A DNA stretch of 64,000 nucleotides, taken from contig DAOUCU010000059.1 of NCBI GenBank assembly GCA_034431935.1, positions 2,132 to 66,131 of the forward strand. Reading direction: 5' to 3'. Within the stretch, counting starts at the first letter, position 1. Each line of letters starts with the position of its first letter. This document shows positions 47,306 through 57,439 of this stretch, in pieces. The position numbers were made by a program, and so were the translations under genes. The DNA is from Dehalococcoidia bacterium. Lineage in GTDB: Bacteria > Chloroflexota > Dehalococcoidia > GIF9 > JBFMDU01. The notes beneath the pieces were generated by a model. It saw only the letters and a list, made by a program, of their open reading frames with translations, had not been told where the DNA came from and ran no database searches.

Positions 47306-49704
47306 TGGATATAGGTGATCAATTGGAAGGCGACCACGGGCGTTCCGGTTTATCCGGAATGCTTTCTCGTGAGCAGGTCAGGTCGAGCATAAGGTACTCC
47401 ACCGGTGAAGGGGTGGCGTCGGCGGCGAGTGAAGGAGCGACAGAGGAGTACTATGTTCCCTATGCACTGGCGGCCGGCGCATCAGCTTCAATTGTCGGTT
47501 GGCTGGTTGCTCTGGCGCAGCTGGCGCTGGCACTATGCTATTTAAAGGTCCCCGACTACGTCAGAAAGATAGGCAGCCGCAGGCGTTCTATTCTCGTCCT
47601 AGTTTTCGTTGATGTTGTCACCTTTCTACCCTTCGTGATTCTTCCGTTCCTGGTCAGAGACTATTTGGTCCAGACTATTTTCCTGTTTTACATTCTTTCG
47701 GTTGTTCCCACCATCGTCGTCGGCCCTATCTGGGCAAGCTGGATAACGGACCTGGTACCAGTGGGGGTTCGAGGCAGGTATCTGGGCCAGCGACTGACGT
47801 TTATGGGAGCCAGCGAACTGGCTTGCTTCATTGCCGCCGGAGTAATATTGAACTGGTTCAGCGGTCAGGTATTTGTTGGTTTCTCCATTATCTTCACTTT
47901 CGCCGCGCTAGCGAGACTGGCCTCATGGTTCATGTACTGGAAGATGAATGAGGTTCCGATAATACGGCGGGAAGAGGTCAGTCATTTCGGCTTCCACGAT
48001 GTGATGCCGGCGTTAAAGAATGGCAATGTCGGCCAGTTTATGGTATTTGCCGCGTCTTTGTATTTCACAATTTTCCTGGCGTCGCCTTTCTTCGCCGTGT
48101 TCATGCTTACGGAACTCAAATTCTCTTATCTGGCGTTTATGATTGTTATCTGCAGTGAGCAGGCGGCGCGGCTGGTCATTCTCAGGTTCTGGGGAAAGTA
48201 CGCCGACGCTAGGGGCAGTCTGAAGGTCGTAAAACTGGTATCTGTGGTTATCCCGGTAGTTCCGGCTTTGTGGCTGGTGTCTCAAAACATCATCTACCTT
48301 GTTTTCGTTCAGATAATTACAGGTCTGGCTCTGGCCGGGTTTGAGCTTTGCGCGGCCAATTTCATGTATGGGGCGGCGCCAACAGGCGGCCGCATTAAGT
48401 ATATAGCGTTGTTCCGTTCTCTTAACGGTATAGGGGCTGCGGCTGGTGCTTTGCTTGGCGGATATCTGGCAATAGTATTGGTCCCCATCTTCGGGCATAA
48501 GCTGCTGGCGCTTTTCCTGTTGTCCGGGATACTGCGCGGCGTCGTTGTTCTGAAGTTCCTGCCGCCGATAATCGATGTCTCTTTGAAAAGCGCTAAGAAA
48601 CCGGCGTGGGGTACCTTTCGGCCCAAAGGCATGCTGGCGGATGACGCTATCAGCGATGGTTTTGGCTGGGGACTGTTATACATACCCGAAAGCATGCGTC
48701 GCGATTTGAGTCGTGTTTTCGACATGGACCGGGGGCTTCTCCATGAGAAGTCCCACCCGGGCAGGGAAGGACTGTTTCAAAGGTGGGCGCGTCTCGCGGA
48801 GCGGCATCACGTTGTGGATGGGCCGCCGCCATCGCCGGGATCTGGTCAGCGCGAGGAATTGAGGCGCGCTGGTCTAATACATCTGGCGGCTGGCCAGGCC
48901 GCGGAAAGGCGTGTTAATGGGGAAAAGAAGACGTCTGCAGGTGAAAAAAGCCTGCACTATGGTGAGAGGTTATGGCACCGTCTCCGGCGGCGGTTCGGAA
49001 TCGAGACCGCGGCGTCTTCCGCGCAGGCTCGGGCCGGGGTTGCCTTACTTCATAATGTCGAGATCAGGCAGAAGGTGTCCGAGGCAGCGCTCAGTCAAGG
49101 TAATGCTGAGGTCTCAGGTCGAGAATGGCGCAGCGACCTGCGTCAGAAATGGTTGCGGGATGCCCTTAAACAGTGTGCGCAGACCGGGGGAAAAGCTCCA
49201 GTGGAGACAGGCAAGGCTCGGACTTTCGAGGGGCTACTTCATAACTCACGGGCATGGCAGGCGCACCTTGGTAAAGCTTCCAAGAATGGTGCAGGCTCGA
49301 GTGGCCAGCTTCAGCCAGAAGCCAGGATAGAAGGCCTGCTGCACAGAGATGGTGCACGGGAGGCGTTTAGGAGCCGGTCAGACGGTAACAGTGTGGGTGA
49401 CCATGGTGGCAAAACAAGTTCGTCCCATCGTGAAGGACTGCTTTATGATGAACGTGCGTGGGGTAGGTATCTTGGAGACTCGGGCAAGAGTTGGGACGCG
49501 CATGGTGAGATTGGAAATGTTACCCAGCCCGGTCAGCTTGGTACGGATAGGCGGAACGAAGTCCTGACTCGCGTAGATACGTGGAGTATGGAAAAACGTC
49601 AGGTATGGCGCATCGACAGGAGAGTCTCGGGTAGGGCAATGGTAGCGAGGTTAAGGAGTGGGCTAAACGAATTCGGTCGGAAGCGGTCCCGTTATTCTTT
49701 TTAA
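47305..49704 (+). CDS. MFS-like multi-pass membrane transporter (11-12 TM) with a ~350-aa hydrophilic C-terminal tail carrying repeated GLL(H/Y) motifs
   Basis: 799-aa continuous ORF. The ORF-track start is TTG; an in-frame ATG lies at 47359. TM segments occupy the first ~440 aa. The tail contains seven G-L-(L/I)-(H/Y) motifs: GLLY, RGLLHEK, GLIHL, ALLHN, EGLLHNSRAW, EGLLHRDGA and EGLLYDERAW. Confidence 0.6.
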   Translation: MDIGDQLEGDHGRSGLSGMLSREQVRSSIRYSTGEGVASAASEGATEEYYVPYALAAGASASIVGWLVALAQLALALCYLKVPDYVRKIGSRRRSILVLVFVDVVTFLPFVILPFLVRDYLVQTIFLFYILSVVPTIVVGPIWASWITDLVPVGVRGRYLGQRLTFMGASELACFIAAGVILNWFSGQVFVGFSIIFTFAALARLASWFMYWKMNEVPIIRREEVSHFGFHDVMPALKNGNVGQFMVFAASLYFTIFLASPFFAVFMLTELKFSYLAFMIVICSEQAARLVILRFWGKYADARGSLKVVKLVSVVIPVVPALWLVSQNIIYLVFVQIITGLALAGFELCAANFMYGAAPTGGRIKYIALFRSLNGIGAAAGALLGGYLAIVLVPIFGHKLLALFLLSGILRGVVVLKFLPPIIDVSLKSAKKPAWGTFRPKGMLADDAISDGFGWGLLYIPESMRRDLSRVFDMDRGLLHEKSHPGREGLFQRWARLAERHHVVDGPPPSPGSGQREELRRAGLIHLAAGQAAERRVNGEKKTSAGEKSLHYGERLWHRLRRRFGIETAASSAQARAGVALLHNVEIRQKVSEAALSQGNAEVSGREWRSDLRQKWLRDALKQCAQTGGKAPVETGKARTFEGLLHNSRAWQAHLGKASKNGAGSSGQLQPEARIEGLLHRDGAREAFRSRSDGNSVGDHGGKTSSSHREGLLYDERAWGRYLGDSGKSWDAHGEIGNVTQPGQLGTDRRNEVLTRVDTWSMEKRQVWRIDRRVSGRAMVARLRSGLNEFGRKRSRYSF

Positions 49705-49778
49705 GAGGTTTTGGCTCGGATGTTTTGGGGTGGAAGCATCTTGTTAGCACGTTGCCTTTCTGATAAACTACCTCGAAC

Positions 49779-50780
49779 ATGAAGCGTGTCTTTTCCGGGG
49801 CCCGGCCGACGGGCCGCCAGCATATCGGTAATTACCTCGGCGCCATCCAGAATTACGTCAAGTTACAGGATGAATACGAGTGCGTCTACTGCGTGGTGGA
49901 TGTTCACGCGCTGACGACCATGGAGGAGACGGAGAAACTGGCCGAGAATACTCGTGAGATGATGCTGGACTGGCTGGCGGCGGGGCTTGACCCTGAGCGC
50001 AGCATTCTGTTCGTCCAATCGCACGTGCCTGAGGTGATGGAGCTTCACACCTTGCTGAGTATGGTGACCCCGCTGGGCTGGCTTCTGCGTGTGCCAACAT
50101 TCAAGGAGAAAGCACGTTCCCAGCCGCACAATGTCAACTACGGGTTGGTCGGTTATCCGGTATTGATGACTGCCGATATCATCCTTTACAAAGCCGAGGT
50201 GGTTCCGGTCGGTGAGGACCAACTGCCGCATCTGGAACTGGCGAGGGAGATTGTACGGCGTTTCAACACTATCTTCGGCGATACGTTTCTTGAGCCGCAG
50301 GCTAAGCTGACTTCATTTCCGATGGTGCTTGGTCTTGACGGGGCGCAGAAGATGAGCAAAAGTTACGGCAATACTATAGATTTGGTATTGACGGACGAGG
50401 AAACAACCCAGCGGGTAATGACAGCGGTTACGGACCCGGCACGCAGGTTCCGGAATGACCCCGGGCATCCTGATGTCTGCAATGTTTACCGGCTTCACCA
50501 GTACTTCAATGCTGGGCAGGCTAGTCTAATTCATAATGAATGCACTTCAGCAAAGCGCGGTTGTGTAGACTGTAAGAAGCAACTCGCGGTGAGCATGAAT
50601 ACCTTTCTGGCTCCGTTCCGCCAGCGCCGGGCTGAGTTAGCGGGCCGGCCTGATTATGTGGATGACGTGCTTGTGGACGGGGCCAGACGTGCCCGCGCCA
50701 TCGCTCAAGGGACAATCGCCGAGGTTCGCCAGAGAATGGGCTTCCTCAAACTGCCAGCGTCCAGACCTGTCAATGGTTGA
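49779..50780 (+). CDS. trpS: Tryptophan--tRNA ligase
   Basis: 333 aa. HIGH-type motif (TGRQHIGNYLGA) and KMSKS (KMSKS at QKMSKSYGN). Confidence 0.9.
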   Translation: MKRVFSGARPTGRQHIGNYLGAIQNYVKLQDEYECVYCVVDVHALTTMEETEKLAENTREMMLDWLAAGLDPERSILFVQSHVPEVMELHTLLSMVTPLGWLLRVPTFKEKARSQPHNVNYGLVGYPVLMTADIILYKAEVVPVGEDQLPHLELAREIVRRFNTIFGDTFLEPQAKLTSFPMVLGLDGAQKMSKSYGNTIDLVLTDEETTQRVMTAVTDPARRFRNDPGHPDVCNVYRLHQYFNAGQASLIHNECTSAKRGCVDCKKQLAVSMNTFLAPFRQRRAELAGRPDYVDDVLVDGARRARAIAQGTIAEVRQRMGFLKLPASRPVNG

Positions 50781-51588
50781 GCTTCCGCAATCGTCAAGCG
50801 GCCGCGATATTATGGATGTTGTTGACAGTGCGGCCAGGCAAGCCGGAGCGATTATCAGGGCGAGCTTCCGTGGCCATAACCAGGTCAAAGTCAAAGGCAG
50901 GAGCAATCTCGTTACTCAGGTGGATGTGTCAGCTGAGCAGGCTGTCCTCACAATCCTGCGGGCTGAGTATCCGGGATGTCCGGTACTTTCCTAGGAGACG
51001 AACAGTAGTACAGAGCTTTCCGGCTATACGTGGATAGTCGATCCTCTGGACGGTACTAACAATTTCGTTTTTGGCATACCCTTCCTGTGCGTTAACATTG
51101 CGCTGGTAAGAGATGGTGATGTTATCTTCGGTCTTACTTACGATCCTCTTCAGGACGAGTGCTTTCGTGCCCGGGCGGGATCGGGCTGTTTTCTTAATGG
51201 TGAGCGGATTTGCGTCTCATCACGCTCGAAATTAGAGGCCGCCATCGTAGGGTTTGACATCGGATATGACGTGAAATGGGGTGAGGAGGTATTTGAGTTG
51301 GCAAGTTTTCTCCGACCTGAGGTGCATAGCCTGAGGGTGATGGGTTCTGCGGCATTGTCTCTGGCGTATGTCGCCTGCGGCCGGCTGGACCTCTATTTTC
51401 ACAAGTACTTGTATCCGTGGGACACCGCACCGGGGATACTGCTGATCAAAGAGGCCGGTGGTATGGTTTCAGACTGGAACGGCCAGATGGCCACGCCGCT
51501 GACGCGCCAGATAGTCGGGGCGGGTGACGAGTTGAGACGGGAGTTCCTGCAATGGATAACAGGCCGTGGAATTGAAGGCAGGCGTTGA
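50773..51588 (+). pseudogene. suhB: Inositol monophosphatase (SuhB/IMPase family) gene interrupted by an in-frame TAG at 50992-50994
   Basis: Two same-frame ORFs (50656..50994 and onward to 51588) are separated only by TAG. Read-through gives ...AEYPGCPVLS*ETNSSTELSGYTWIVDPLDGTNNF..., in which * aligns with the first Glu of the conserved metal-binding EE(S)G motif. The downstream motifs WIVDPLDGT and YPWDTAPGILLIKEAGG are intact. The start is ambiguous (ATG 50773, overlapping the trpS stop, or ATG 50812). Confidence 0.7.
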
Positions 51589-51589
51589 A

Positions 51590-52783
51590 TTATGTTTTGC
51601 CGTGACGGCTCATGAAACTGCCGATCCTTCGGAGGGCCTCTTCGATTTCAGGAAGCGAAGTCGCGTAGCAACAGCGTACATGTCCCTCTCCGCATCTGCC
51701 GAAGGCGGAACCGGGCACCACGGCAACTTTTTCCTCCATCAGTAGCTTTTCGGCGAATTCATCGGAATTCATGCCGCTCTTGCGTATTGACGGGAAGACG
51801 TAGAAAGCGCCTTTCGGTTCAAAGCAGGTGAAGCCGATGTCCCTCAGCCCCTTCAGGATAATGCGTCGGCGCTGGTCGTATTCTTGAAGCATGCTGGCAG
51901 TGTCGGCATCGCCGTTCTTGAGGGCTTCTAACGCCGCCATTTGGCCGACGGTTGGAGCGCACATCATGGAATACTGGTGAATCTTGGTGATGGCCTCAAT
52001 CAATTCGTGCCTGGCGGCTACGTAGCCGACTCTCCATCCCGTCATAGCGTAAGACTTGGAGAAACCGCCGACGAGGATAGTGTTATCTTTCATGTTTGGC
52101 AGTGCGGGAAAGCATACCGGCTCGACTCCGTAGACGAGCTCACGGTAAATCTCATCGGAGATGACGAGGATATCATGGTCGCGAGCAAACTCACCGATTT
52201 CAAGAAGTTCATCTTGGGACATGGTGGCGCCTGTCGGGTTGGCCGGATAGCCGAGTAAAACTGCTTTGGTTCGCGGAGAGAGTCGCGATTCGACGTCATG
52301 CGGACCGATGTGAAAATCGGTCTTTTCCGATGTCGGCACCATCACCGGCATGCCGCCGGCCAGAATGGTGCAAGCCGGGTAAGCTACGTATGATGGGTCG
52401 GGCATAATGACCTCGTCGCCCGGATTGAGAATGGCCCTTAGTGCAAGATCGAGCGCCTGGCTGCTGCCGGTAGTGATGAGTAATTCTCTGGTGGGATCGT
52501 AGGAGACTCTGTAATGCGATTCCAGGTACTTTGCCAGCTCCTGCCGCAGCTCAATCAGGCCGAAGTTTGAGGTATACATGGTATACCCCTTCTCGATTGA
52601 GTAGATAGCGGCCTCCCGGATGTGCCATGGCGTCACGAAATCAGGCTCACCGACACCAAGGGATATGACGTCCTGCATGGTCGTAATCAGGTCGAAAAAC
52701 TTCCTGATGCCGGAGGGTGAGACCATGTTTACCCTGTCGGAGATGGGACTGCGTGTAGTCTTGGTTGAATGGCTTGCGGACAT
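51590..52783 (-). CDS. Class I/II PLP-dependent aminotransferase (aspartate/aromatic aminotransferase-like)
   Basis: 397 aa from ATG 52783, with GGAGA 5 nt upstream. PLP lysine in GGFSKSYAMTGWRVGY. The ORF-track TTG at 52795 lies further upstream. Confidence 0.85.
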   Translation of the reverse strand: MSASHSTKTTRSPISDRVNMVSPSGIRKFFDLITTMQDVISLGVGEPDFVTPWHIREAAIYSIEKGYTMYTSNFGLIELRQELAKYLESHYRVSYDPTRELLITTGSSQALDLALRAILNPGDEVIMPDPSYVAYPACTILAGGMPVMVPTSEKTDFHIGPHDVESRLSPRTKAVLLGYPANPTGATMSQDELLEIGEFARDHDILVISDEIYRELVYGVEPVCFPALPNMKDNTILVGGFSKSYAMTGWRVGYVAARHELIEAITKIHQYSMMCAPTVGQMAALEALKNGDADTASMLQEYDQRRRIILKGLRDIGFTCFEPKGAFYVFPSIRKSGMNSDEFAEKLLMEEKVAVVPGSAFGRCGEGHVRCCYATSLPEIEEALRRIGSFMSRHGKT

Positions 52784-52807
52784 GGCTGTCTCCAACGCCG
52801 CCGGTGG

Positions 52808-53287
52808 CTATGGCGAGACGGGCAGACGTCTGATCTCTTCGCCGCCTTCGATGATGTCTCCGTCTTCCTTGTATTTTTTGAGGAGGAAGTGGGTCACGGT
52901 GCTTTGAACTCCCTCGATAGGCGCCAGCTTATCGGAGACAAACATGGCGACATCCTGCATTGTCTTGCCTGACACAAGGACGGCCAGATCATAGGTGCCG
53001 GAGACGAGATATACGGAGCGCGCCTGCGGGAATTCGTAAACGCGCCTGGCGATCTTATCGAAGCCCACATCCCGCTGGGGCGTGATTTTGACCTCCACCA
53101 GGGCCCAGACCTGCTCTTCTCCCAGCTTCGCCCAGTTAATGACTGTCTTGTATCTCAAGATGGTGTGATCCTTCTCAGCCTGTTTGATGGCCTCACTAAC
53201 CTTGCTCACCGGTATACCGGTCATTGTTGCAATCTGATCCGGGGTGGTACGAGCGTTATTCTGAAGTATCTCGAATATCTGTTTCAC
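52808..53287 (-). CDS. lrp: Lrp/AsnC family transcriptional regulator
   Basis: 159 aa. N-terminal HTH (ILQNNARTTPDQIATMTGIPVSKVSE) and a C-terminal RAM/AsnC_trans_reg domain. Confidence 0.85.
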   Translation of the reverse strand: MKQIFEILQNNARTTPDQIATMTGIPVSKVSEAIKQAEKDHTILRYKTVINWAKLGEEQVWALVEVKITPQRDVGFDKIARRVYEFPQARSVYLVSGTYDLAVLVSGKTMQDVAMFVSDKLAPIEGVQSTVTHFLLKKYKEDGDIIEGGEEIRRLPVSP

Positions 53288-53392
53288 TTGGGCTGTCCCC
53301 TTTTAATATACTGGCTTCGATCTTGAATTATAGCAAAGCTTAAGCAGATAGTCCTCTCAGTACTCCGGTATGAGTCAGCAGACAGCCTTAAC

Positions 53393-54850
53393 TTACAGCG
53401 CCGGGCGACGTTTGTGCCAGTCGGTCGCCTGCTCGTAAGTGTAGGCGATGCGTAGAAGCGTCTCTTCGGCAAACGGCCTGCCCATGATTTGCATGCCGAC
53501 CGGCAGGCCATTGGCGAACCCGGCTGGTATGGAAATGGCGGGTATACCGGCGATGTTGACTGAAAGGGTGCACACATCGCTGAGGTACATCTGGAGCGGG
53601 TCGCCGACTTTCTGTCCCAGCTTGAAAGGGACGGTGGGTGAGGTGGGAGTAATTAGAGCATCACATTTCTGGAACGCAAGATCAAAGTCCCGCCGGATCA
53701 GTGTCCGCACCTTCTGTGCCTTCAAGTAGTACGCGTCGTAGTATCCGGCCGAGAGTGCGTAGGTGCCGAGCATAATGCGGCGCTTGACCTCCGGCCCGAA
53801 GCCTATCTGGCGGGTTTTCTCGGTGGCATCCCAGATGTTTCTGGCCTCGTGGTAAGAGAACCCGTATTTGACGCCGTCGTATCGTGCCAAATTGGCCGAT
53901 GCTTCTGATGGCGCGATGATGTAGTAGACGGCAAGCGCATATTCCGTGTGGGGTAGGGAGAGCCACTCAAGCCTCGCTCCCATAGACTCAAACTTGGCCA
54001 GCGCCTGGTCCAGGACGTCCCTGACTTCAGCCTGCATGCCGGCCACGAAGTACTCTTTTGGCACGCCGAGGCGCATACCGGTTATGTTCGGGGAAAGGGC
54101 TCCGGGGTAGTCGGGGACCGGCTCGGCCACGGAGGTGGAATCGCGCTGGTCGTGTCCCGATATGGCGTTCAGCATGATGGCGCAGTCGGTAACATCCTTG
54201 GTCAGGGGGCCAATCTGGTCGAGGGAGCTGGCGAACGCGATAAGCCCGTAGCGGCTGACACGGCCGTAGGTAGGCTTCAGTCCGACAACATTGCAAAAGC
54301 CGGCCGGCTGGCGGATACTGCCGCCGGTATCGGAACCCAGGGCCGCCAGTGCCTCGTCCGCGGCCACCGCGGCGGCCGAGCCACCGCTGCTACCGCCGGG
54401 CACCCTTGTCAGGTCCCACGGGTTGTGTGTTGGATGGAAGGCCGAGTTTTCGGTGGATGACCCCATGGCGAATTCGTCCATATTGGTCTTGCCGACGATT
54501 ACGGCTCGACGCGATTTTAACTTCTCAATCACCGTTGCATCGAATGGAGGCACATAGGTCTCCAGAATGCGTGAAGAGCAGGTAGTGCGGATACCCTTGG
54601 TCGAGATGTTGTCCTTGATCAAGATTGGGATACCGGTGAGATGGTCAACTATGCCGCTCGCCAGGGCATCGTCGGCGGCTTTGGCCTGTTCCATCGCTGG
54701 TTCTTCGTTGACGGTGACGCACGCTTTGATTTTAGGTTCAACAGCGGCGATGCGGGACAGAACGGCCTTGGTCAACTCCACAGCTGATATCTTCCTTTGG
54801 TGCAGAAGCCGGGCGGCATCGTGGATGGTCAGGTGGTGTAGTTCGGTCAT
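53393..54850 (-). CDS. gatA: Glutamyl-tRNA(Gln)/aspartyl-tRNA(Asn) amidotransferase subunit A
   Basis: 485 aa. Amidase signature [13 protein letters not shown] and the Ser-cisSer-Lys region. Confidence 0.9.
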   Translation of the reverse strand: MTELHHLTIHDAARLLHQRKISAVELTKAVLSRIAAVEPKIKACVTVNEEPAMEQAKAADDALASGIVDHLTGIPILIKDNISTKGIRTTCSSRILETYVPPFDATVIEKLKSRRAVIVGKTNMDEFAMGSSTENSAFHPTHNPWDLTRVPGGSSGGSAAAVAADEALAALGSDTGGSIRQPAGFCNVVGLKPTYGRVSRYGLIAFASSLDQIGPLTKDVTDCAIMLNAISGHDQRDSTSVAEPVPDYPGALSPNITGMRLGVPKEYFVAGMQAEVRDVLDQALAKFESMGARLEWLSLPHTEYALAVYYIIAPSEASANLARYDGVKYGFSYHEARNIWDATEKTRQIGFGPEVKRRIMLGTYALSAGYYDAYYLKAQKVRTLIRRDFDLAFQKCDALITPTSPTVPFKLGQKVGDPLQMYLSDVCTLSVNIAGIPAISIPAGFANGLPVGMQIMGRPFAEETLLRIAYTYEQATDWHKRRPAL

Positions 54851-54853
54851 CGT

Positions 54854-55144
54854 TCAGTCTTCCAGGACAGCTCGCACCTTGAAGTAGCCGTCTTCTTTCT
54901 GCGGTGCGTTTGACAGGATTTGCTCGCGTGGATACGAAGGCATAACCGCGTCCTGCCGGAAGACGTTCTGGAGTGGTACCGAATGCGTGGTCGGTGCTAT
55001 ATCCCCGGTATCGAGCTGTCTCAGCACTTCGAAGTTTTCGAGAATGTTTGACAGCTGGGTTTGCATCAGCTCAATTTCGGCCTCGGTCAGACTTAGGCGA
55101 GCCAGAGTGGTAATGTGCCGGACTTCTTCTCGGCTCAGTTTCAT
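54854..55144 (-). CDS. gatC: Glutamyl-tRNA(Gln)/aspartyl-tRNA(Asn) amidotransferase subunit C
   Basis: 96 aa. MKLSREEVRHITTLARLSLTEAE is a GatC signature. It sits immediately upstream of gatA. Confidence 0.85.
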   Translation of the reverse strand: MKLSREEVRHITTLARLSLTEAEIELMQTQLSNILENFEVLRQLDTGDIAPTTHSVPLQNVFRQDAVMPSYPREQILSNAPQKEDGYFKVRAVLED

Positions 55145-55355
55145 AGGCTGCGCTCCTGTGTTTCACTGTGTTCTCGCCAGAGAATGGCAGGCATTATAGC
55201 ACGTGGCACGAATAGTGGTCATCTTCATTGAAGTTGCCGTGACCGCCGGGAACAAGCTATAATGTGCCAACGTCCCCAGACTGGCAGAGTTTTCACTGCG
55301 CCGTACTTTTTTGTTGCGGAGTATGCCAGACTCAGATCGTAGAGGTTAGATAGAA

Positions 55356-57425
55356 TTGCAACAGTATCTGCCGAAGCAAATTAGAAACGTGGTTCTATTG
55401 GGCCATTCCAATAGTGGCAAGACCTCTCTTGTCGAATCCGTGTTATTTTCTGCGGGGGCTATAAGCCGTCTTGGTACGGTTAATGACGGTACCACCACCT
55501 CCGACTTTGAGCCGGAGGAGACCAGAAGGAAGATCAGCATCAGCCTTTCTTTGCTTCCTCTGGAATGGAAGGGTACCAAGGTAAATTTTCTGGACACACC
55601 GGGTTATCCAGACTTCGTCGGTGAGGTCAAGTCGGGGCTTCGTGTTACCGAGGCGGCGATTATTGTGGTGTGCGCCGCTTCCGGAGTCGAGGTCGGTACG
55701 GAACAGGCCTGGGCTTTTGTCAATGAGGCCCGTATGCCCAGGGTCATTTTTGTCAACAAGATGGATCGTGACAACGCCGACTTCTTCCGGACGTTAAAGG
55801 ATATCGAGGCCAAATTCGGCGCAAACTGTCTGCCTTTGCAACTGCCAATTGGCGCCGAGAAGAACTTCAAAGGAATTGTGGACATTATCAGCGGCAAAAC
55901 TCTCGGTGCCGGCCAGACCGCCGGCCCAGGGGTGCCGGCCCAATTGAAACAGCAGATAGATTCCTATCGGGAGAAGCTGGTGGAGGTGGCGGTTGAGGCT
56001 GATGATGCTATCCTATCGCGATACCTCGAAGGCGGTACGGTTACCGATGAAGAAATACTTCGGGGATTGAAGCAGGCGGTCATTCAGGGCAGGCTTACTC
56101 CGGTACTTGTCGGGTCGGGGCTTGCTAATATGGGCGCCGCCGCGCTTCTTGATGTCGTTTGTCAGTATTTGCCGTCACCGGCGGATGTCGGCGTGGAAGC
56201 CGTAATAGCCTCGGGCGAAAAGGTCAAAATTGATGCCGATCCATCTGGCCCGCTGGCGGCCTTTGTTTTTAAGACTACCGCTGATCCGTATGTCGGAAAG
56301 CTAAGCTACTTCCGGGTGTATTCCGGGACGGTTTTCAGCAACTCTCAGGTGTGGAATGCGGCCAAGAACTCGGTGGAGAGACTTGGGCAGCTATTCATTC
56401 TCCGCGGCAAGAACCAGGAGACGGTCCAGCAGGTCATGGCTGGCGATATCGGGGCAGTAGCGCGCCTGTCAGCTACCAGCACAGGTGATTCATTGACGGC
56501 GCGTGAGAAGCCGGTGCTATTGCCGCCGGTCAATTTTCCTCAACCGAACTTGAGCAAGGCGGTCTATCCGAAGTCTAAGAATGACCTGGACAAGATGAGT
56601 ACCATCTTGCCCAGGCTTTGTGAGGAGGATCCGACTCTGACCGTGAGGCGCGATTCTGATACGGCTGAGATTATCCTTTCCGGGCTCGGTGAGACCCATC
56701 TTGAGGCTGCTGCTGAAAAGATGGCGCGCAAGTTCGGGGTTGAGGTCAAATTGGAGCCGCCGAAGATTCCCTACCGTGAAACCATACTGAAAAAGGTTAC
56801 GGCCGAGTACAAGCACAAGAAGCAAACGGGAGGGCACGGGCAGTACGGGCATGTGGTGATTGAGTTGGAACCGTTGCCCCGCGGCACCGGATTTGAGTTC
56901 GCCGAGCGTGTCGTTGGCGGAGCGGTACCAAAGAACTATTATCCTGCGGTTGAGAAGGGAATCAACGAAGCCAGGCAGGAAGGCGTGATGGCCGGATATC
57001 CGGTGATAGATGTCCGAGCAACGTTGACTGACGGCAGTTCACACCCGGTGGACTCGTCGGAAATAGCATTTAAAATTGCGGCCGCTGCGGCTTTGAAGAA
57101 AGGCCTGACAGAGGGGCAGCCAGTTCTTCTTGAGCCGGTGGTAAATCTGAATGTTGCGGTTCCTGAGGGTTTTGTCGGCGATATTATCAGTGACCTCAAT
57201 ACCAAGCGTGGCCGTGTCATGGGGATGACTCCGCAGGGAGGTGTTACTACAATTCAGGCGCAGGTGCCTCTGGCTGAGGTTATGAGATACTCAATTGATT
57301 TGAGGTCGATTACTCAGGGTCGCGGGACTTACAGCATGGAATTCAGCCATTACGAGGAAGTCCCGGCCCACGTGGCGCAAAAGGTGATAGCCGAAAAGCA
57401 AGCTCGCGAAACGGAAAAACAGTAG
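55356..57425 (+). CDS. Elongation factor G family GTPase (divergent EF-G paralogue; catalytic His of the DxPGH motif replaced by Tyr)
   Basis: 689 aa. TTG start with GAGG 9 nt upstream; it is the first start codon after an in-frame stop. G1 GHSNSGKT, G3 DTPGYPDF, G4 NKMD. EF-G domains II-V are present (for example GDIGAVARL and the domain IV/V regions). Confidence 0.8.
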   Translation: MQQYLPKQIRNVVLLGHSNSGKTSLVESVLFSAGAISRLGTVNDGTTTSDFEPEETRRKISISLSLLPLEWKGTKVNFLDTPGYPDFVGEVKSGLRVTEAAIIVVCAASGVEVGTEQAWAFVNEARMPRVIFVNKMDRDNADFFRTLKDIEAKFGANCLPLQLPIGAEKNFKGIVDIISGKTLGAGQTAGPGVPAQLKQQIDSYREKLVEVAVEADDAILSRYLEGGTVTDEEILRGLKQAVIQGRLTPVLVGSGLANMGAAALLDVVCQYLPSPADVGVEAVIASGEKVKIDADPSGPLAAFVFKTTADPYVGKLSYFRVYSGTVFSNSQVWNAAKNSVERLGQLFILRGKNQETVQQVMAGDIGAVARLSATSTGDSLTAREKPVLLPPVNFPQPNLSKAVYPKSKNDLDKMSTILPRLCEEDPTLTVRRDSDTAEIILSGLGETHLEAAAEKMARKFGVEVKLEPPKIPYRETILKKVTAEYKHKKQTGGHGQYGHVVIELEPLPRGTGFEFAERVVGGAVPKNYYPAVEKGINEARQEGVMAGYPVIDVRATLTDGSSHPVDSSEIAFKIAAAAALKKGLTEGQPVLLEPVVNLNVAVPEGFVGDIISDLNTKRGRVMGMTPQGGVTTIQAQVPLAEVMRYSIDLRSITQGRGTYSMEFSHYEEVPAHVAQKVIAEKQARETEKQ

Positions 57426-57439
57426 GGGTTCCCGGGGGT

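Noticed and set aside
50992-50994. In-frame TAG interpreted as pyrrolysine
   Set aside because: There are no pyl genes or methylamine methyltransferases in the window, and it is a single occurrence replacing a conserved Glu. A nonsense mutation or sequencing error is far more parsimonious.
55160-55300. Apparent direct repeat GTTTCACTG(T/C)G in the gatC/EF-G intergenic region
   Set aside because: Only 8-9 nt are identical. The chance expectation for such a match in a 211-nt region is not negligible (about 0.3), and there is no dyad or spacing pattern.
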